Shown: positions 46,560-55,965, numbered from the stretch's first letter. The stretch: DNA of 64,000 nucleotides from an uncultured Eubacteriales bacterium (GCA_905201895.1 CAJKPX010000004.1:13628-77627), one strand, 5' to 3'. Numbers and translations: made by a program. Notes: a model not told the origin generated them from the letters alone.

Positions 46560-47207
46560 TTAAACGATATTTTTGGGAAGCGTGCTGGCGATATCCCCCT
46601 GATGCGCGTCATAGCCATAGCAGACGATGCGGTGACTGCCGTCATCCTCGTATTCAATGATTGAAACCGACGCGTTCGGGCAAAACGGCACGCGGAACGC
46701 CTCGTCAAGGGAGTATCCGTACCATTTACATGCCATCATACGCACTGGCGTTGCATGCGTGAAAACCGCGATGCACTCACCGCGGTGCTTTTGGAGAAGT
46801 CGGTCGATCTGTCCGTTCACACGCTCGTACAGATCAGCAACGCGCTCACCGTGATCGGGATGCGCATGCCCAATATTTTGCCGCCACATACCGTAGCTTT
46901 CCGGAAAAAGTGTGTCGAGATCGTCAAAGCGCTTCCCCTCCCAATCCCCCGCAAAAATCTCGCGGAAGGAGGGCTCGCGCGTGATCTGAAGTCCGTGCAC
47001 CTCGGCGGTCGGTCTTGCAGTATCATAGGCACGTGAGAGGTCGCTTGCATAGACCGCATTGATCGGGTAATCCTTCAAAAAAGCAGCCGTGCGTCGCGCC
47101 TGCTCGCGCCCCTTTTCGGTCAGCGCGGTTTCGCCCTGTCCGATAAAGCGCTGTGCTACGTTGCCCTCGCTTTGTCCGTGTCGCACAACAATCAAGGTGG
47201 TGCTCAT
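46560..47207 (-). CDS. Histidine phosphatase family protein (CobC/GpmB-like)
   Basis: LIVVRHGQSEGN RHG motif, ...VFTHATP... second His, 215 aa. Confidence 0.8.
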   Translation of the reverse strand: MSTTLIVVRHGQSEGNVAQRFIGQGETALTEKGREQARRTAAFLKDYPINAVYASDLSRAYDTARPTAEVHGLQITREPSFREIFAGDWEGKRFDDLDTLFPESYGMWRQNIGHAHPDHGERVADLYERVNGQIDRLLQKHRGECIAVFTHATPVRMMACKWYGYSLDEAFRVPFCPNASVSIIEYEDDGSHRIVCYGYDAHQGDIASTLPKNIV

Positions 47208-47250
47208 GTCATTCTTCTCCTTTTTGTTTTCCGTCTTTTTCAGGTTCGGT

Positions 47251-47280
47251 TTTTCGTTATTTTTCGTTATTTTTCGTTAT
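47251..47280. repeat. Perfect 3 x 10-nt tandem repeat (TTTTCGTTAT)
   Basis: Three identical head-to-tail units. The last unit contains the nnr stop codon. On the minus strand each unit carries a TAA. Confidence 0.95.
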
Positions 47281-48782
47281 TGGTCACTCTTTTCGCATGA
47301 CGCGATCATCGAAACCGCAGCGGGGATATGCGCCACCGTATCGGAGGCAAGCATGCTCACAGAGCCCAGGTCACGCTCGGCAAGCTCGCCCGCAAGACCT
47401 GCCAAATAAGCTCCGCAGGCGGCGGTTTTTGGGGTCAGCTCAAGATATCCGAAGAGCCCCGCGAGAATGCCCGAGAGCACGTCGCCGCTCCCTGCCGTTG
47501 CCATACCTGCACATCCGCGGTCAACCAGATAGGTCTCGCGTCCGTCGGTGATCACGGTAGTTGGTCCCTTGAGGAGGACGGTAACGCCGTATTTTGAGGC
47601 AAATTCGGTGGCAATGCCGATGGGATCGTTCAGAATATCTCCGACGGGTCTGCCGCAAAGACGCTCCATCTCCTTCGGATGCGGAGTGAGCAGAATATCG
47701 CTCTTGCTTTGACGCAGAAGATCAAGCTCAAGCTCGGAGAGCGTGTTAAGTCCGTCGGCGTCGATCACAAGTCTTCCTTCGTAAGACCGAAGAAGGTGTG
47801 TGAGAATGGCTGCGTTATCGGGAGATCGTCCCCACCCCATGCCAATGGCAAGCGCACGCTGCCCCGTCAGGGCAAGGTCGATCCTGTCAAGCGCGGGGAG
47901 CATATGCCCCTCGCGGTCGGGAACGGTTGCAAGCGTGCTCTCCAACAGATACGGCGCAACGCTCGGCGCCACCGATGCCGGAACGATCAGCTTTGCCACA
48001 CCGCAGCCGGACCGAAGCGCGGCGCAGCTCATATTGGCGAGCTTGACCGCCCCAGCATAGTCGGTGCATCCGCCGAGCAGGGATACGTAGCCGTAGCTTC
48101 CCTTGTGGGAATCACGCCGACGCGGTTTGAAAAAGTCGGTAAAATCCTGCATTTGTGCAAGATAGAGGCAGTCTCCGTGGAGATCAATTCCAATATCGAC
48201 GTTAACGAGCTTGCCAATCTCGTCCTTTGCCTGCCCAAGAAAATGCCCCGACTTATAAAACCCGATCGAAACGGTGAGATCCGACCGAACACACAGAGGC
48301 GAGCGTCCGTTGTCACCGTTGAGACCACTGTTGATATCAACCGAGATCACAGTTGCGCCGCTTGCGTTGATGCGTCGGATTGCCTCTGCCTCGACCCCCT
48401 CGGCTTGTCCGCGAAAGCCCGTTCCAAAGATGCAATCCACGATCTCGTCAAACACGGAGAGGTCGGTTTTTGCATCAAAATGCGTAATTTTTACACCGAT
48501 TTCCTTGCATTTTCCATAATAATAGGCACCGTCCGAGGAAAATGCATCGCCCAGAAGAATGACCTCACAAGGAACGTGTGCCTCATGGAGAAGCGCCGCG
48601 AGCACGTAGCCGTCCCCCGCATTATTGCCTGAACCGCAAACGATCGCGGTCCTCCCACGCCAAGGGTATGCCTTCCAAATCGCTTCCCCTGCACGTCGCA
48701 TCAGCTCTTTGCCCGACGTTCCCCGACGGATGGTTTCGGAGTCGCTCTCGCGCATCACACGAACCGTTGTAACCGTTTGCAT
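47277..48782 (-). CDS. nnr: Bifunctional NAD(P)H-hydrate epimerase / ADP-dependent dehydratase
   Basis: N-terminal YjeF_N (AIVCGSGNNAGDGYV) plus C-terminal carbohydrate-kinase-like domain (...ATAGSGDVLSG...). 501 aa. Confidence 0.88.
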   Translation of the reverse strand: MQTVTTVRVMRESDSETIRRGTSGKELMRRAGEAIWKAYPWRGRTAIVCGSGNNAGDGYVLAALLHEAHVPCEVILLGDAFSSDGAYYYGKCKEIGVKITHFDAKTDLSVFDEIVDCIFGTGFRGQAEGVEAEAIRRINASGATVISVDINSGLNGDNGRSPLCVRSDLTVSIGFYKSGHFLGQAKDEIGKLVNVDIGIDLHGDCLYLAQMQDFTDFFKPRRRDSHKGSYGYVSLLGGCTDYAGAVKLANMSCAALRSGCGVAKLIVPASVAPSVAPYLLESTLATVPDREGHMLPALDRIDLALTGQRALAIGMGWGRSPDNAAILTHLLRSYEGRLVIDADGLNTLSELELDLLRQSKSDILLTPHPKEMERLCGRPVGDILNDPIGIATEFASKYGVTVLLKGPTTVITDGRETYLVDRGCAGMATAGSGDVLSGILAGLFGYLELTPKTAACGAYLAGLAGELAERDLGSVSMLASDTVAHIPAAVSMIASCEKSDQ

Positions 48783-48963
48783 AGCATAGCCTCCTCCGTT
48801 TTTTTTGCAATCTGCCCATCATTACATATATTGTACCACAAAAAAGTCGGGAGGTCAATGAAAATTACCATATTTTTAGGGGTTCCCTTTTTGAAAAATC
48901 CGACTATAATATAAATAAGTGATCTTTTCATGCCCGATAGAAGGAAAGGAGTGACTTTTTTGT

Positions 48964-49599
48964 ATGGAACTGATCCGAATCAGCGAGCGCAAGCTCAAGA
49001 TCATGCTGACTCCTACGGATATGTGTCACTTTGAGCTTTACGACAGTTGTTTCAACGGAGACAGCGAGGAAATGCACCGCGCATTTCGGCTGCTTCTTGA
49101 GGAGGTGCGACGTCAAACCGATTTTGAGGGAGACGATCGACACCTCTCAATTCAGTATTTCCCCTCACGTGGCGGCGGATGCGAAATGTTCATCAGCCGT
49201 CTCGGGGACGACGGAGAGAAGCACGTGGCACTCACCGAGGCCTCTCCTCCCTCTCCGAAGGGAAATGAAAAAGCCACGGCGCTCGGTCGGCATCTCGGGT
49301 GCTTCAGAAGGGATTGCGTTTACCGATTCATCGAGCTCGCCCATCTGCTCCCTGCCTGCAGTCGACTCATTGGAGTCAGGGCGGTGTGTGAGAGTCACGC
49401 CTACCGAGACGAGGTTGGCGATTACCTGCTCTTTCTCACGGTGCTCTCGCCGTCACCCTTCTCGCTCCCCAACGAGCTGGATTTTCTCGCCGAATATGGG
49501 AGTCAGGAAAACGCCGCTCTCCTTCGCCTCTACATAAAGGAGCACGCCAAGCTCATCTCCTCACCCAATGCGGTTGAAATTCTCGGAGCACTCTGCTGA
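48964..49599 (+). CDS. mecA: Adaptor protein MecA-like
   Basis: MELIRISERKLKIMLTPTDM... N-domain, and a C-domain ending ...LAEYGSQENAALLRLYIKEHAKLI. 211 aa. Confidence 0.7.
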   Translation: MELIRISERKLKIMLTPTDMCHFELYDSCFNGDSEEMHRAFRLLLEEVRRQTDFEGDDRHLSIQYFPSRGGGCEMFISRLGDDGEKHVALTEASPPSPKGNEKATALGRHLGCFRRDCVYRFIELAHLLPACSRLIGVRAVCESHAYRDEVGDYLLFLTVLSPSPFSLPNELDFLAEYGSQENAALLRLYIKEHAKLISSPNAVEILGALC

Positions 49600-49604
49600 C
49601 AGGG

Positions 49605-49656
49605 AAAAGGAAAGCGCTCGGAACGCAGTTCCGCAGCACTTTCCTTTTCTTTTTGC
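49605..49656. terminator. Bidirectional intrinsic terminator
   Basis: Long hairpin AAAAGGAAAGCGCTCGGAAC...GTTCCGCAGCACTTTCCTTTT followed by CTTTTTG. Confidence 0.65.
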
Positions 49657-49682
49657 AAAAACACAAGAAAAAGCAGAGTAAA

Positions 49683-50831
49683 TCAATGTTCGCGACGAAT
49701 CGTTTCGATTGCTCGAATGAATGCGGAGAGCTGGCTCTGCGTGCTCTCAAAGCCCGGACTGACCCGCACCGCGCCACCCAACGGAGTTTGCAGTGTTGCA
49801 TGACCGAGTGCAGAGCAATGGTATCCCGTTCGCACGCAAAAGCCGAGACGGTCGAGCTCACGTCCTACCCGGTCGGCAGGAATTCCGTCGAGATTGAAGA
49901 GCAGGATCGAGCCCGCGTGGTGCGGTAGGTAGACCGTTACCCCCGCAATTTCCTGCAATCGCTCCCGCAACTCCCGATTCCATTCACAGATATGCTGATG
50001 GATCCGCTCGATGCCGAGTCGCTTCACCGTTCGGATGCCCTCGCAAAGCCCCGCGATTGCAGGGGTGGCAAGCGTTCCCGCCTCAAAGCGCTCGGGCGCC
50101 TCCTCGGGCATACTGCCCTCCAACGAATTATAACCGCTGCCGCCCTCAATCAGTGTTTCGGCATGCACCCCCGAGCCGAGCAGTAGAAATCCGCTCCCCT
50201 GCGGTCCAAGCAGCCCTTTGTGTCCCGGGACACAGAGCGCATCAATCTGCATGCGCTCGGTGTCAATCGGCAAATGTCCCGCCGACTGCGCGGCATCGAC
50301 CACGAACAAAAGTCCACGACGTCGGCAAAGTGTGCCGAGCTCGGTGAGCGGAAGGGTTGACGAGCAGATATTGGAGGCGTGCGCCGCGATCAACATTCGT
50401 GTGCGCGGTTGAATCAACGCCTCGATCGCCGCACAAATTTCGTCTGCCGTGCGATCCCTTTTGTCTGCCATCGTTGGAAAAACGTCATAGGTGATCTGCC
50501 CCGCCTCAGCTAGCTTCCAGATCGGACGAAACACTGCGTTATGCTCCATATCCGAGATCAGAACGTGGTCCCCCTTGGAGAGCATCCCTTTGATCGCCAT
50601 GTTGATTGCCATCGTTGCATTTGCGGTAAAAATGACTCTCGTGGGATCAGAAGCTCCGAAAAATGAGGCAATCTCGCATCGGCAAGCAAAGATTTGCTCC
50701 GCTGCGCGCATAGCAAGCACGTGAGATCCCCGTCCCGGGTTTCCGCCGTCACGCCGCATGCATTGCGTGATTGCCTCGATCACCCCCGGAGGCTTTGGAT
50801 ATGAGGTTGCCGCATGGTCCAGATAGATCAT
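49683..50831 (-). CDS. Class V aminotransferase / cysteine desulfurase family protein
   Basis: Start MIYLDHAATSYPKP (the track ORF was trimmed by 73 codons). PLP lysine context VPGHKGLLGP. C-terminal RTGYHCS. Confidence 0.8.
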   Translation of the reverse strand: MIYLDHAATSYPKPPGVIEAITQCMRRDGGNPGRGSHVLAMRAAEQIFACRCEIASFFGASDPTRVIFTANATMAINMAIKGMLSKGDHVLISDMEHNAVFRPIWKLAEAGQITYDVFPTMADKRDRTADEICAAIEALIQPRTRMLIAAHASNICSSTLPLTELGTLCRRRGLLFVVDAAQSAGHLPIDTERMQIDALCVPGHKGLLGPQGSGFLLLGSGVHAETLIEGGSGYNSLEGSMPEEAPERFEAGTLATPAIAGLCEGIRTVKRLGIERIHQHICEWNRELRERLQEIAGVTVYLPHHAGSILLFNLDGIPADRVGRELDRLGFCVRTGYHCSALGHATLQTPLGGAVRVSPGFESTQSQLSAFIRAIETIRREH

Positions 50832-51076
50832 CGCAGGTCTCCTCCGTGATAGTAAAGCACGCGGATATTGGCATTCCGCAAAATCCGCTCCACATTTTTC
50901 GCCTGCTCGCAGGGGTAAGCCAGCGCGTAAGTGCATCCGCGTCTGTCCTGTAAGGAATCCGCCTTGATGATCTCCGCGCGGACGGCAGCCATTGCCAGCA
51001 CGCTCTGCGCCTGCATGCTTTGCGTCATCGAGCCGATCACGGCAACGCATTCCCGATTGTTGGTTTGATTGCGCAT
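50828..51076 (-). CDS. DUF3343 (putative Se/S carrier-like) small protein
   Basis: 82 aa. ATGA overlap with the desulfurase start. Conserved Cys context RRGCTYALAY. GAGGAGG RBS. Confidence 0.6.
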   Translation of the reverse strand: MRNQTNNRECVAVIGSMTQSMQAQSVLAMAAVRAEIIKADSLQDRRGCTYALAYPCEQAKNVERILRNANIRVLYYHGGDLR

Positions 51077-51217
51077 TCTCGCACCTCCTCTGCTGTCAGT
51101 ATATGCCGAAAAAATGCGATCCGTGCTGTGCGGACAATCCGCCCGAGTGTATAAATTAAGCCTTTTGTGTGCATACTGTTTATATCACAAAAAAGCAAAA
51201 GAAAGGAACATAAAACC

Positions 51218-52513
51218 ATGAATAAACCGCAGATCACACGCTGCTGTGCACGCGAAATTCTCGATTCCAGAGGCAATCCCACCGTGGAGGCAACCGTTTT
51301 TCTTGCAGACGGAACGGTTGGCGTTGCAAGTGTTCCGTCGGGAGCCTCTACCGGCATCTTCGAGGCATGCGAGCTCCGCGACGGTGACCGCCGACGCTAC
51401 GGCGGACGGGGTGTGCTCGAAGCAGCCTCAAACGTTTCCAAGATTATCTCCCCCGCCCTCTCGGGCATCTACGCCTCCGAGCAATCCGAGGTCGACCGCA
51501 TCCTTTGCGAGCTCGACGGAACCGAAAACAAGAGCCGACTTGGAGCAAACGCAATCCTTTCGGTCTCGCTTGCCGCCGCAAGAGCTGCCGCAAATTGGTA
51601 TCATTTGCCGCTCTACCGCTATCTCGGCGGTGCAGGTGCCGAGCGCCTGCCCGTGCCCATGATGAACATTCTCAACGGCGGTGCACACGCTGCAAACAAC
51701 GTGGAAATTCAGGAATTTATGATCGCTCCCGTGGGTGCCACCTCCTTTGCAGAGGCTTTGCGCATGGGAAGCGAAATTTACCATGTGCTCGGCAAGCTCC
51801 TGCGCAACGAGGGATATTCCTCAACGGTTGGCGACGAAGGCGGCTATGCTCCCGATCTGCATGACGATGAGGAAGCACTGGAACTGATCTGCCGCGCCAT
51901 TGAGGAGAGCGGCTACAACACCGAACAGGTGAAAATTGCACTCGACTGCGCGGCAAGTGAATGGTGCGGCGAGGATGGCGGCTACCGACTGCCCAAGCGC
52001 GGAAAGACCTACACGCGCACGGCACTGATCGACCGCTGGGAATCGCTCGTGCAAAAATATCCGCTTTTCTCGATCGAGGACGGACTCGATCAACGCGATT
52101 TTGACGGTTGGCGCGAGATGACGGCACAGATCGGAGATCGTGTGATGCTCGTGGGCGACGATCTGTTCGTTACGAACGAAAAGCGGCTCTCCGAGGGAAT
52201 CCGCTGCGGTGCCGCCAATTCGATTCTGATCAAGCCCAACCAGATCGGCACACTCACCGAGGTAATCCGCGTGATTTCACTTGCAAGATCGTCGGGATAT
52301 TCCTTTATTCTTTCGCACAGAAGCGGTGAAACCGAGGATGTGACGCTTGCCGATATTTGCGTTGCGATGGGGGCTTCGTATATCAAATCGGGCGCTCCAT
52401 GCCGAAGCGAGCGCGTTGCGAAATATAACCGCCTTTTGCGTATCGAATCGGCACTCGGTGCAAATGCACGTTACGGATGTGAAAAAAATGCAAATCCGAC
52501 CCTGAAAAGATAA
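51218..52513 (+). CDS. eno: Enolase (phosphopyruvate hydratase)
   Basis: [55 protein letters not shown] and IKSGAP motifs are all present. Start at 51218. Confidence 0.9.
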   Translation: MNKPQITRCCAREILDSRGNPTVEATVFLADGTVGVASVPSGASTGIFEACELRDGDRRRYGGRGVLEAASNVSKIISPALSGIYASEQSEVDRILCELDGTENKSRLGANAILSVSLAAARAAANWYHLPLYRYLGGAGAERLPVPMMNILNGGAHAANNVEIQEFMIAPVGATSFAEALRMGSEIYHVLGKLLRNEGYSSTVGDEGGYAPDLHDDEEALELICRAIEESGYNTEQVKIALDCAASEWCGEDGGYRLPKRGKTYTRTALIDRWESLVQKYPLFSIEDGLDQRDFDGWREMTAQIGDRVMLVGDDLFVTNEKRLSEGIRCGAANSILIKPNQIGTLTEVIRVISLARSSGYSFILSHRSGETEDVTLADICVAMGASYIKSGAPCRSERVAKYNRLLRIESALGANARYGCEKNANPTLKR

Positions 52514-52515
52514 GA

Positions 52516-52553
52516 AAAGGGCTGTCTCAAATTTACAACTTGAGACAGCCCTT
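52516..52553. terminator. Intrinsic terminator between convergent eno and radC-like genes
   Basis: AAGGGCTGTCTCAA...TTGAGACAGCCCTT, a 14-bp stem. The T-run is on the minus-strand side. Confidence 0.65.
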
Positions 52554-52578
52554 CCGAATTCACAATTCAGTTAAGAAC

Positions 52579-53442
52579 CTATTCTTCCCTTAAATTCGGA
52601 AGTATATGGGGCTCGTCGGCAACGAGCGGTGCACGCTCGCCGTCCCGCCCCGGTAGGAATGGGTAAACGGTGAAGTCGGTTTGCTCATAGAAGCGCTCGT
52701 AGAACGAAGCGTCATATTGCTGTGTAACGGGAGAAACGCGGAAATATCCGTATTTTTCCTGCATAATCGAGGAATATTTGCGGTCGGCAAACACCAGGTG
52801 ATCCAAAAGTGTCACCTTCATGTTATCCACGTAGGTGCGAAGAACCTCAGTTGTTTCGCGGTCAACGTTTGACGGAATCGCAAGCCCGTTGGGATGATTG
52901 TGCGCCAACAGGATCGCCGACGCTCCCGTTGAAACGATCAGCTCTGCGATCTTTCGCGTCATAATATCGGAGCAGTTGACAATCCCCTCCGAAATACACT
53001 CACAGCCGAGCATATTCAGACGATTGTTGAACAGCATGATGTAGAGGCACTCGTGATCAATCCCGATAAATTTGGGGTAAATATACTCGGTGATCTTTCC
53101 GATCGTATCAAAGCGGAAGGCACGGCGCGGCTCATCGGTGAGATAGCGGCAAAGCAGCTCCGCCGACAGACGAATCAGATGCGCGCTGTTCTCCCCCACG
53201 CCCTTTACCGATTGCAGATCGCTCACGCTCGCATCGAGCACACCGCGAACCGAGCCGAAGCGCTCGAGCAGCGCATGTGCGATTGGGTTGGTGTCGACGC
53301 GCGGAACCGAATAATAGAGCAACATCTCCAGCAGCTCGTGATCGGCGCAATGCTTCATGCCGTTTTTGAGAGCGCTCGTCCTCATGCGCTCGCGGTGTCC
53401 GTGATGCACGCCACCTGCCGGCTTTTTATCAATTTCTTTCAT
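52579..53442 (-). CDS. radC: RadC-like JAB/MPN domain protein with C-terminal extension
   Basis: HhH-like N-terminus (...LQSVKGVGENSA...). JAMM motif LLAHNHPNG. 287 aa, about 60 aa longer than the typical RadC length I recall. Confidence 0.8.
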   Translation of the reverse strand: MKEIDKKPAGGVHHGHRERMRTSALKNGMKHCADHELLEMLLYYSVPRVDTNPIAHALLERFGSVRGVLDASVSDLQSVKGVGENSAHLIRLSAELLCRYLTDEPRRAFRFDTIGKITEYIYPKFIGIDHECLYIMLFNNRLNMLGCECISEGIVNCSDIMTRKIAELIVSTGASAILLAHNHPNGLAIPSNVDRETTEVLRTYVDNMKVTLLDHLVFADRKYSSIMQEKYGYFRVSPVTQQYDASFYERFYEQTDFTVYPFLPGRDGERAPLVADEPHILPNLREE

Positions 53443-53476
53443 AAATAATTATTGCAAAGCCGTTCTGCGAATCGGC

Positions 53477-54301
53477 TCACTTCCTTTTTAGTTTTCCGAT
53501 TACACGGCCCTTGCATACCACGCTCGAAAAATCCTTGAGCATGATCGGCGCATACGCTGCGTTGAGCGAGTGCAGACGGTCGCCGTCGTAGCGCTTGAAG
53601 AAGCCACAACCGTCGAGCAGGAAGATACCGAGCTCGCCCGCCTCCACGCTCTCGGCATTCTGAACCAAGAGAATATCTCCGTTGCGGTACTTGGGCTCCA
53701 TGCTATCGCCGCTGATGCGAAGCGCATAATCGGCATCCATCGTTTTGTCGGTGGCGGGAACCGTAATCACCTCAAGGCTTGCATCGTCGAGATATTCGCC
53801 GACACCTGCCGAAACAGGAAGCTCAAAGAGCTTGAGGTGACGCTTGTCGGTGCGCACCGACACCCCTGCATAGCGACCTGCCGACGGGGTCATGCGCAGA
53901 ACCTTGCCGCGCTTTTGGGGCGCCGAAGCCGCTTCCTCCGAAGCACTCTCCTCATGCTCTGCAGCCATTTCCTCTGCCCGACGAAGCTCCTGATCCAGCA
54001 CCGTCTGCAAGAGCGACTGACCCCAACGGTCGAGCGAACGGTAGTGCTCAATCATGGTGATCTCGTCCTCGCTCAAGGTGTAGTTATTCGTGTTCTCGGG
54101 CGTGCCGCTGACAATATACTCAACCGAGCAGCCGAGCGCCGAGCAAAGCGCCACGAGATTGGAGAGCTTTGGCGAATCGCTCATGCCTGCCAAAATCTTG
54201 CTCAAGGTGCCGAGCGGGATACCCGAGCGCTCTGCAAGCTGCTCGTTGGTGAGCCTTTGTTCATTTTTTAATAATTTAATCCGATCAAGATAGGTTTCCA
54301 T
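53477..54301 (-). CDS. XRE-family HTH fused to S24 LexA-like autopeptidase domain (HdiR/LexA-like repressor)
   Basis: HTH LTNEQLAERSGIPLGTLSKILAG. Acidic linker of about 90 aa. S24 motifs GDSMEP (Ser) and ...VCKGRVIG (Lys). Confidence 0.8.
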   Translation of the reverse strand: METYLDRIKLLKNEQRLTNEQLAERSGIPLGTLSKILAGMSDSPKLSNLVALCSALGCSVEYIVSGTPENTNNYTLSEDEITMIEHYRSLDRWGQSLLQTVLDQELRRAEEMAAEHEESASEEAASAPQKRGKVLRMTPSAGRYAGVSVRTDKRHLKLFELPVSAGVGEYLDDASLEVITVPATDKTMDADYALRISGDSMEPKYRNGDILLVQNAESVEAGELGIFLLDGCGFFKRYDGDRLHSLNAAYAPIMLKDFSSVVCKGRVIGKLKRK

Positions 54302-54331
54302 TTCTACCTCCGCTTTTCCGATTACGACATT

Positions 54332-54360
54332 ATTATATCACCTTTTTTCGCGTTTGTAAA
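54332..54360 (-). promoter_or_regulatory. Sigma-A-type promoter for the XRE-S24/radC operon
   Basis: Minus strand TTTACA, 17 nt, TATAAT. Confidence 0.5.
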
Positions 54361-54400
54361 TACTTTTTTGAAAAAATTTTCTTTTTTTGGAAAAATCCTA

Positions 54401-54429
54401 TTGACAAATCAAAAAAAGTTTGTTATAAT
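54401..54429 (+). promoter_or_regulatory. Sigma-A-type promoter (extended -10) for the small membrane protein gene
   Basis: TTGACA, 17 nt, TATAAT with TGn. Divergent from the repressor promoter, with 40 bp between the two -35 boxes. Confidence 0.55.
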
Positions 54430-54470
54430 ATGCTCGTAAGAATTCCAAAATTGGTATTTCGAGGTGGATT

Positions 54471-54797
54471 ATGAACACTTATTTTGAACACGAAGGCGAA
54501 TTCAATTCCAATAAAAGAATAATCGACGCATATCTTGCAGAGCAAACCGTATCAACCGGAGCGTGGAGAGGTCGCCTTGAGCAGCTTCTTTTCGTTCTGC
54601 TCTCAATCGTTCGCGTGCTCACCTGTGCAAAGGCTCGCCGCATCTGCAAGGCAATCTCTCTTGCGGTTTGTCTCGTTGCATTCGTTGGCGTGATCGGTGC
54701 GATGGAGCATGGCACGCTCTCTCTCGGAGCAGGACTTCTGATCGGTCTTGCAATCATTGCAGCCGAGGCACTTTGCCTGCGTCCTCACCGCTCCTGA
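54471..54797 (+). CDS. Hypothetical small membrane protein
   Basis: 108 aa, GAGGTGGA RBS, consensus promoter. Two to three hydrophobic helices (LLFVLLSIVRVL; AISLAVCLVAFVGVIGA; GLLIGLAIIAAEAL). Confidence 0.5.
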   Translation: MNTYFEHEGEFNSNKRIIDAYLAEQTVSTGAWRGRLEQLLFVLLSIVRVLTCAKARRICKAISLAVCLVAFVGVIGAMEHGTLSLGAGLLIGLAIIAAEALCLRPHRS

Positions 54798-55885
54798 AGC
54801 AGTCGAGCCAACGTCTCCCCTACCAAAACCGCGGCGCGTTGCGCCTCGTCAACCGAGTTTGCCGCCGTTCCGATTTCCAGCAGCAGCGCATGCGGAGCCA
54901 TCTCTTGATTATAGGAAGAATTCCGCAATGAAACCGGACGGCAAACCGATGCACCGTCGGCGTTGAGCAGCTCTCGAAGCTGCAGGGCGAGTGCAAGGTT
55001 TTCCTCCCAATGATCGAAGGAGGTTCCGTTGCCGTTCGTACCGACAACCGCCATCACCTGTGCGGTTGTTTCCTCCCCACCCATCTCGGCAACCGAGCGA
55101 ACAAAGGCTCCGTCGGCGTTTGTGATCGCATCGCGGTGCAGATCAATCACCAGCGAGATGCTTGGATAGCGTTCCAGATATTCTTCAATCGTCGCATCGG
55201 CACGGGCATAAGCACCGCCGAGCGTCGGATCATCGTGCATCACCGTGCAATGAATGGCGGTGATGCCTTTTTGTTTGAGGGTTTCACAAAGAACTGCCCC
55301 AACCGAAAGAATATTCCGAGACTCGTCTCTTGAATAGGTCGCGTCTCCGAGCCTGCCCTCTATGTACCTTGTTCCGCTCGGCAAAAAAGCCTCGCTCGTG
55401 TGCGTGTGCAGAATCAGCACGAGAGGCTCTCCCGCATTGGTTGCCTCAAACAGAATCTCTCTTGCGAGCAACGCATCTACACTCGGATGATAAGGTGTTT
55501 CATTGTGAATATAATCCCGCCCCAGCGAAAGATAGGCAAGGTCCCTTGAAAGAATTGGAACGGCGTCATTCGGGATTTCATCGGTCTCCCCGTCCTTGAC
55601 CGTGCCATCCCCGTCATCGGGCGCCGCAGTATCGGGGGGGGCAACGGTGTCCGACGGATCGTTATTTTTCACAGTCTCCTCTCCGTCAAATATACCGCCC
55701 AGCCCCCAAAGCCAGGTGCTGCCGCCGTGATCCAGCCAGACCGAGCTGACGGCAAAGGCTGCAAGCAACAACGCACAACAGATCAAAAAAATTGCAAAAA
55801 CGCGGTATTTTCCGCTAAAAGTGCCATCTAAAAGCACGCGCTCCCCCTCGGATGGCAGGGTTCCCTTCACGATTTGCTTTTCCAT
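54785..55885 (-). CDS. spoIIP: Stage II sporulation protein P
   Basis: N-terminal TM, LVLILHTHTSEAF motif, MurNAc-LAA-like C-terminal domain. Downstream of gpr, as in Bacillus. Confidence 0.8.
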   Translation of the reverse strand: MEKQIVKGTLPSEGERVLLDGTFSGKYRVFAIFLICCALLLAAFAVSSVWLDHGGSTWLWGLGGIFDGEETVKNNDPSDTVAPPDTAAPDDGDGTVKDGETDEIPNDAVPILSRDLAYLSLGRDYIHNETPYHPSVDALLAREILFEATNAGEPLVLILHTHTSEAFLPSGTRYIEGRLGDATYSRDESRNILSVGAVLCETLKQKGITAIHCTVMHDDPTLGGAYARADATIEEYLERYPSISLVIDLHRDAITNADGAFVRSVAEMGGEETTAQVMAVVGTNGNGTSFDHWEENLALALQLRELLNADGASVCRPVSLRNSSYNQEMAPHALLLEIGTAANSVDEAQRAAVLVGETLARLLQER

Positions 55886-55965
55886 TTTCGGTCACGTCCC
55901 TTTCGTTTTCTTGCTTCACTCTATGCAAAACGGAAAGGAAATATTCCGAGGATCAGTCGCGCGGC

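Noticed and set aside
51218-52513. Possibility that the enolase is a divergent or non-glycolytic paralogue, given the unusual CC near its N-terminus and GDEGGYAP instead of GDEGGFAP.
   Set aside because: All catalytic and metal-binding motifs I know are intact, and the length is normal. Without the rest of the genome I cannot tell whether a second copy exists.
53492-54325. An identical 12-mer TTTTCCGATTAC at both ends of the XRE-S24 gene (53492-53503 and 54314-54325), which could look like insertion-site direct repeats.
   Set aside because: Roughly a hundred exact 12-mer coincidences are expected by chance in a 64-kb window. One copy is inside the coding sequence, and there is no other mobile-element signature.
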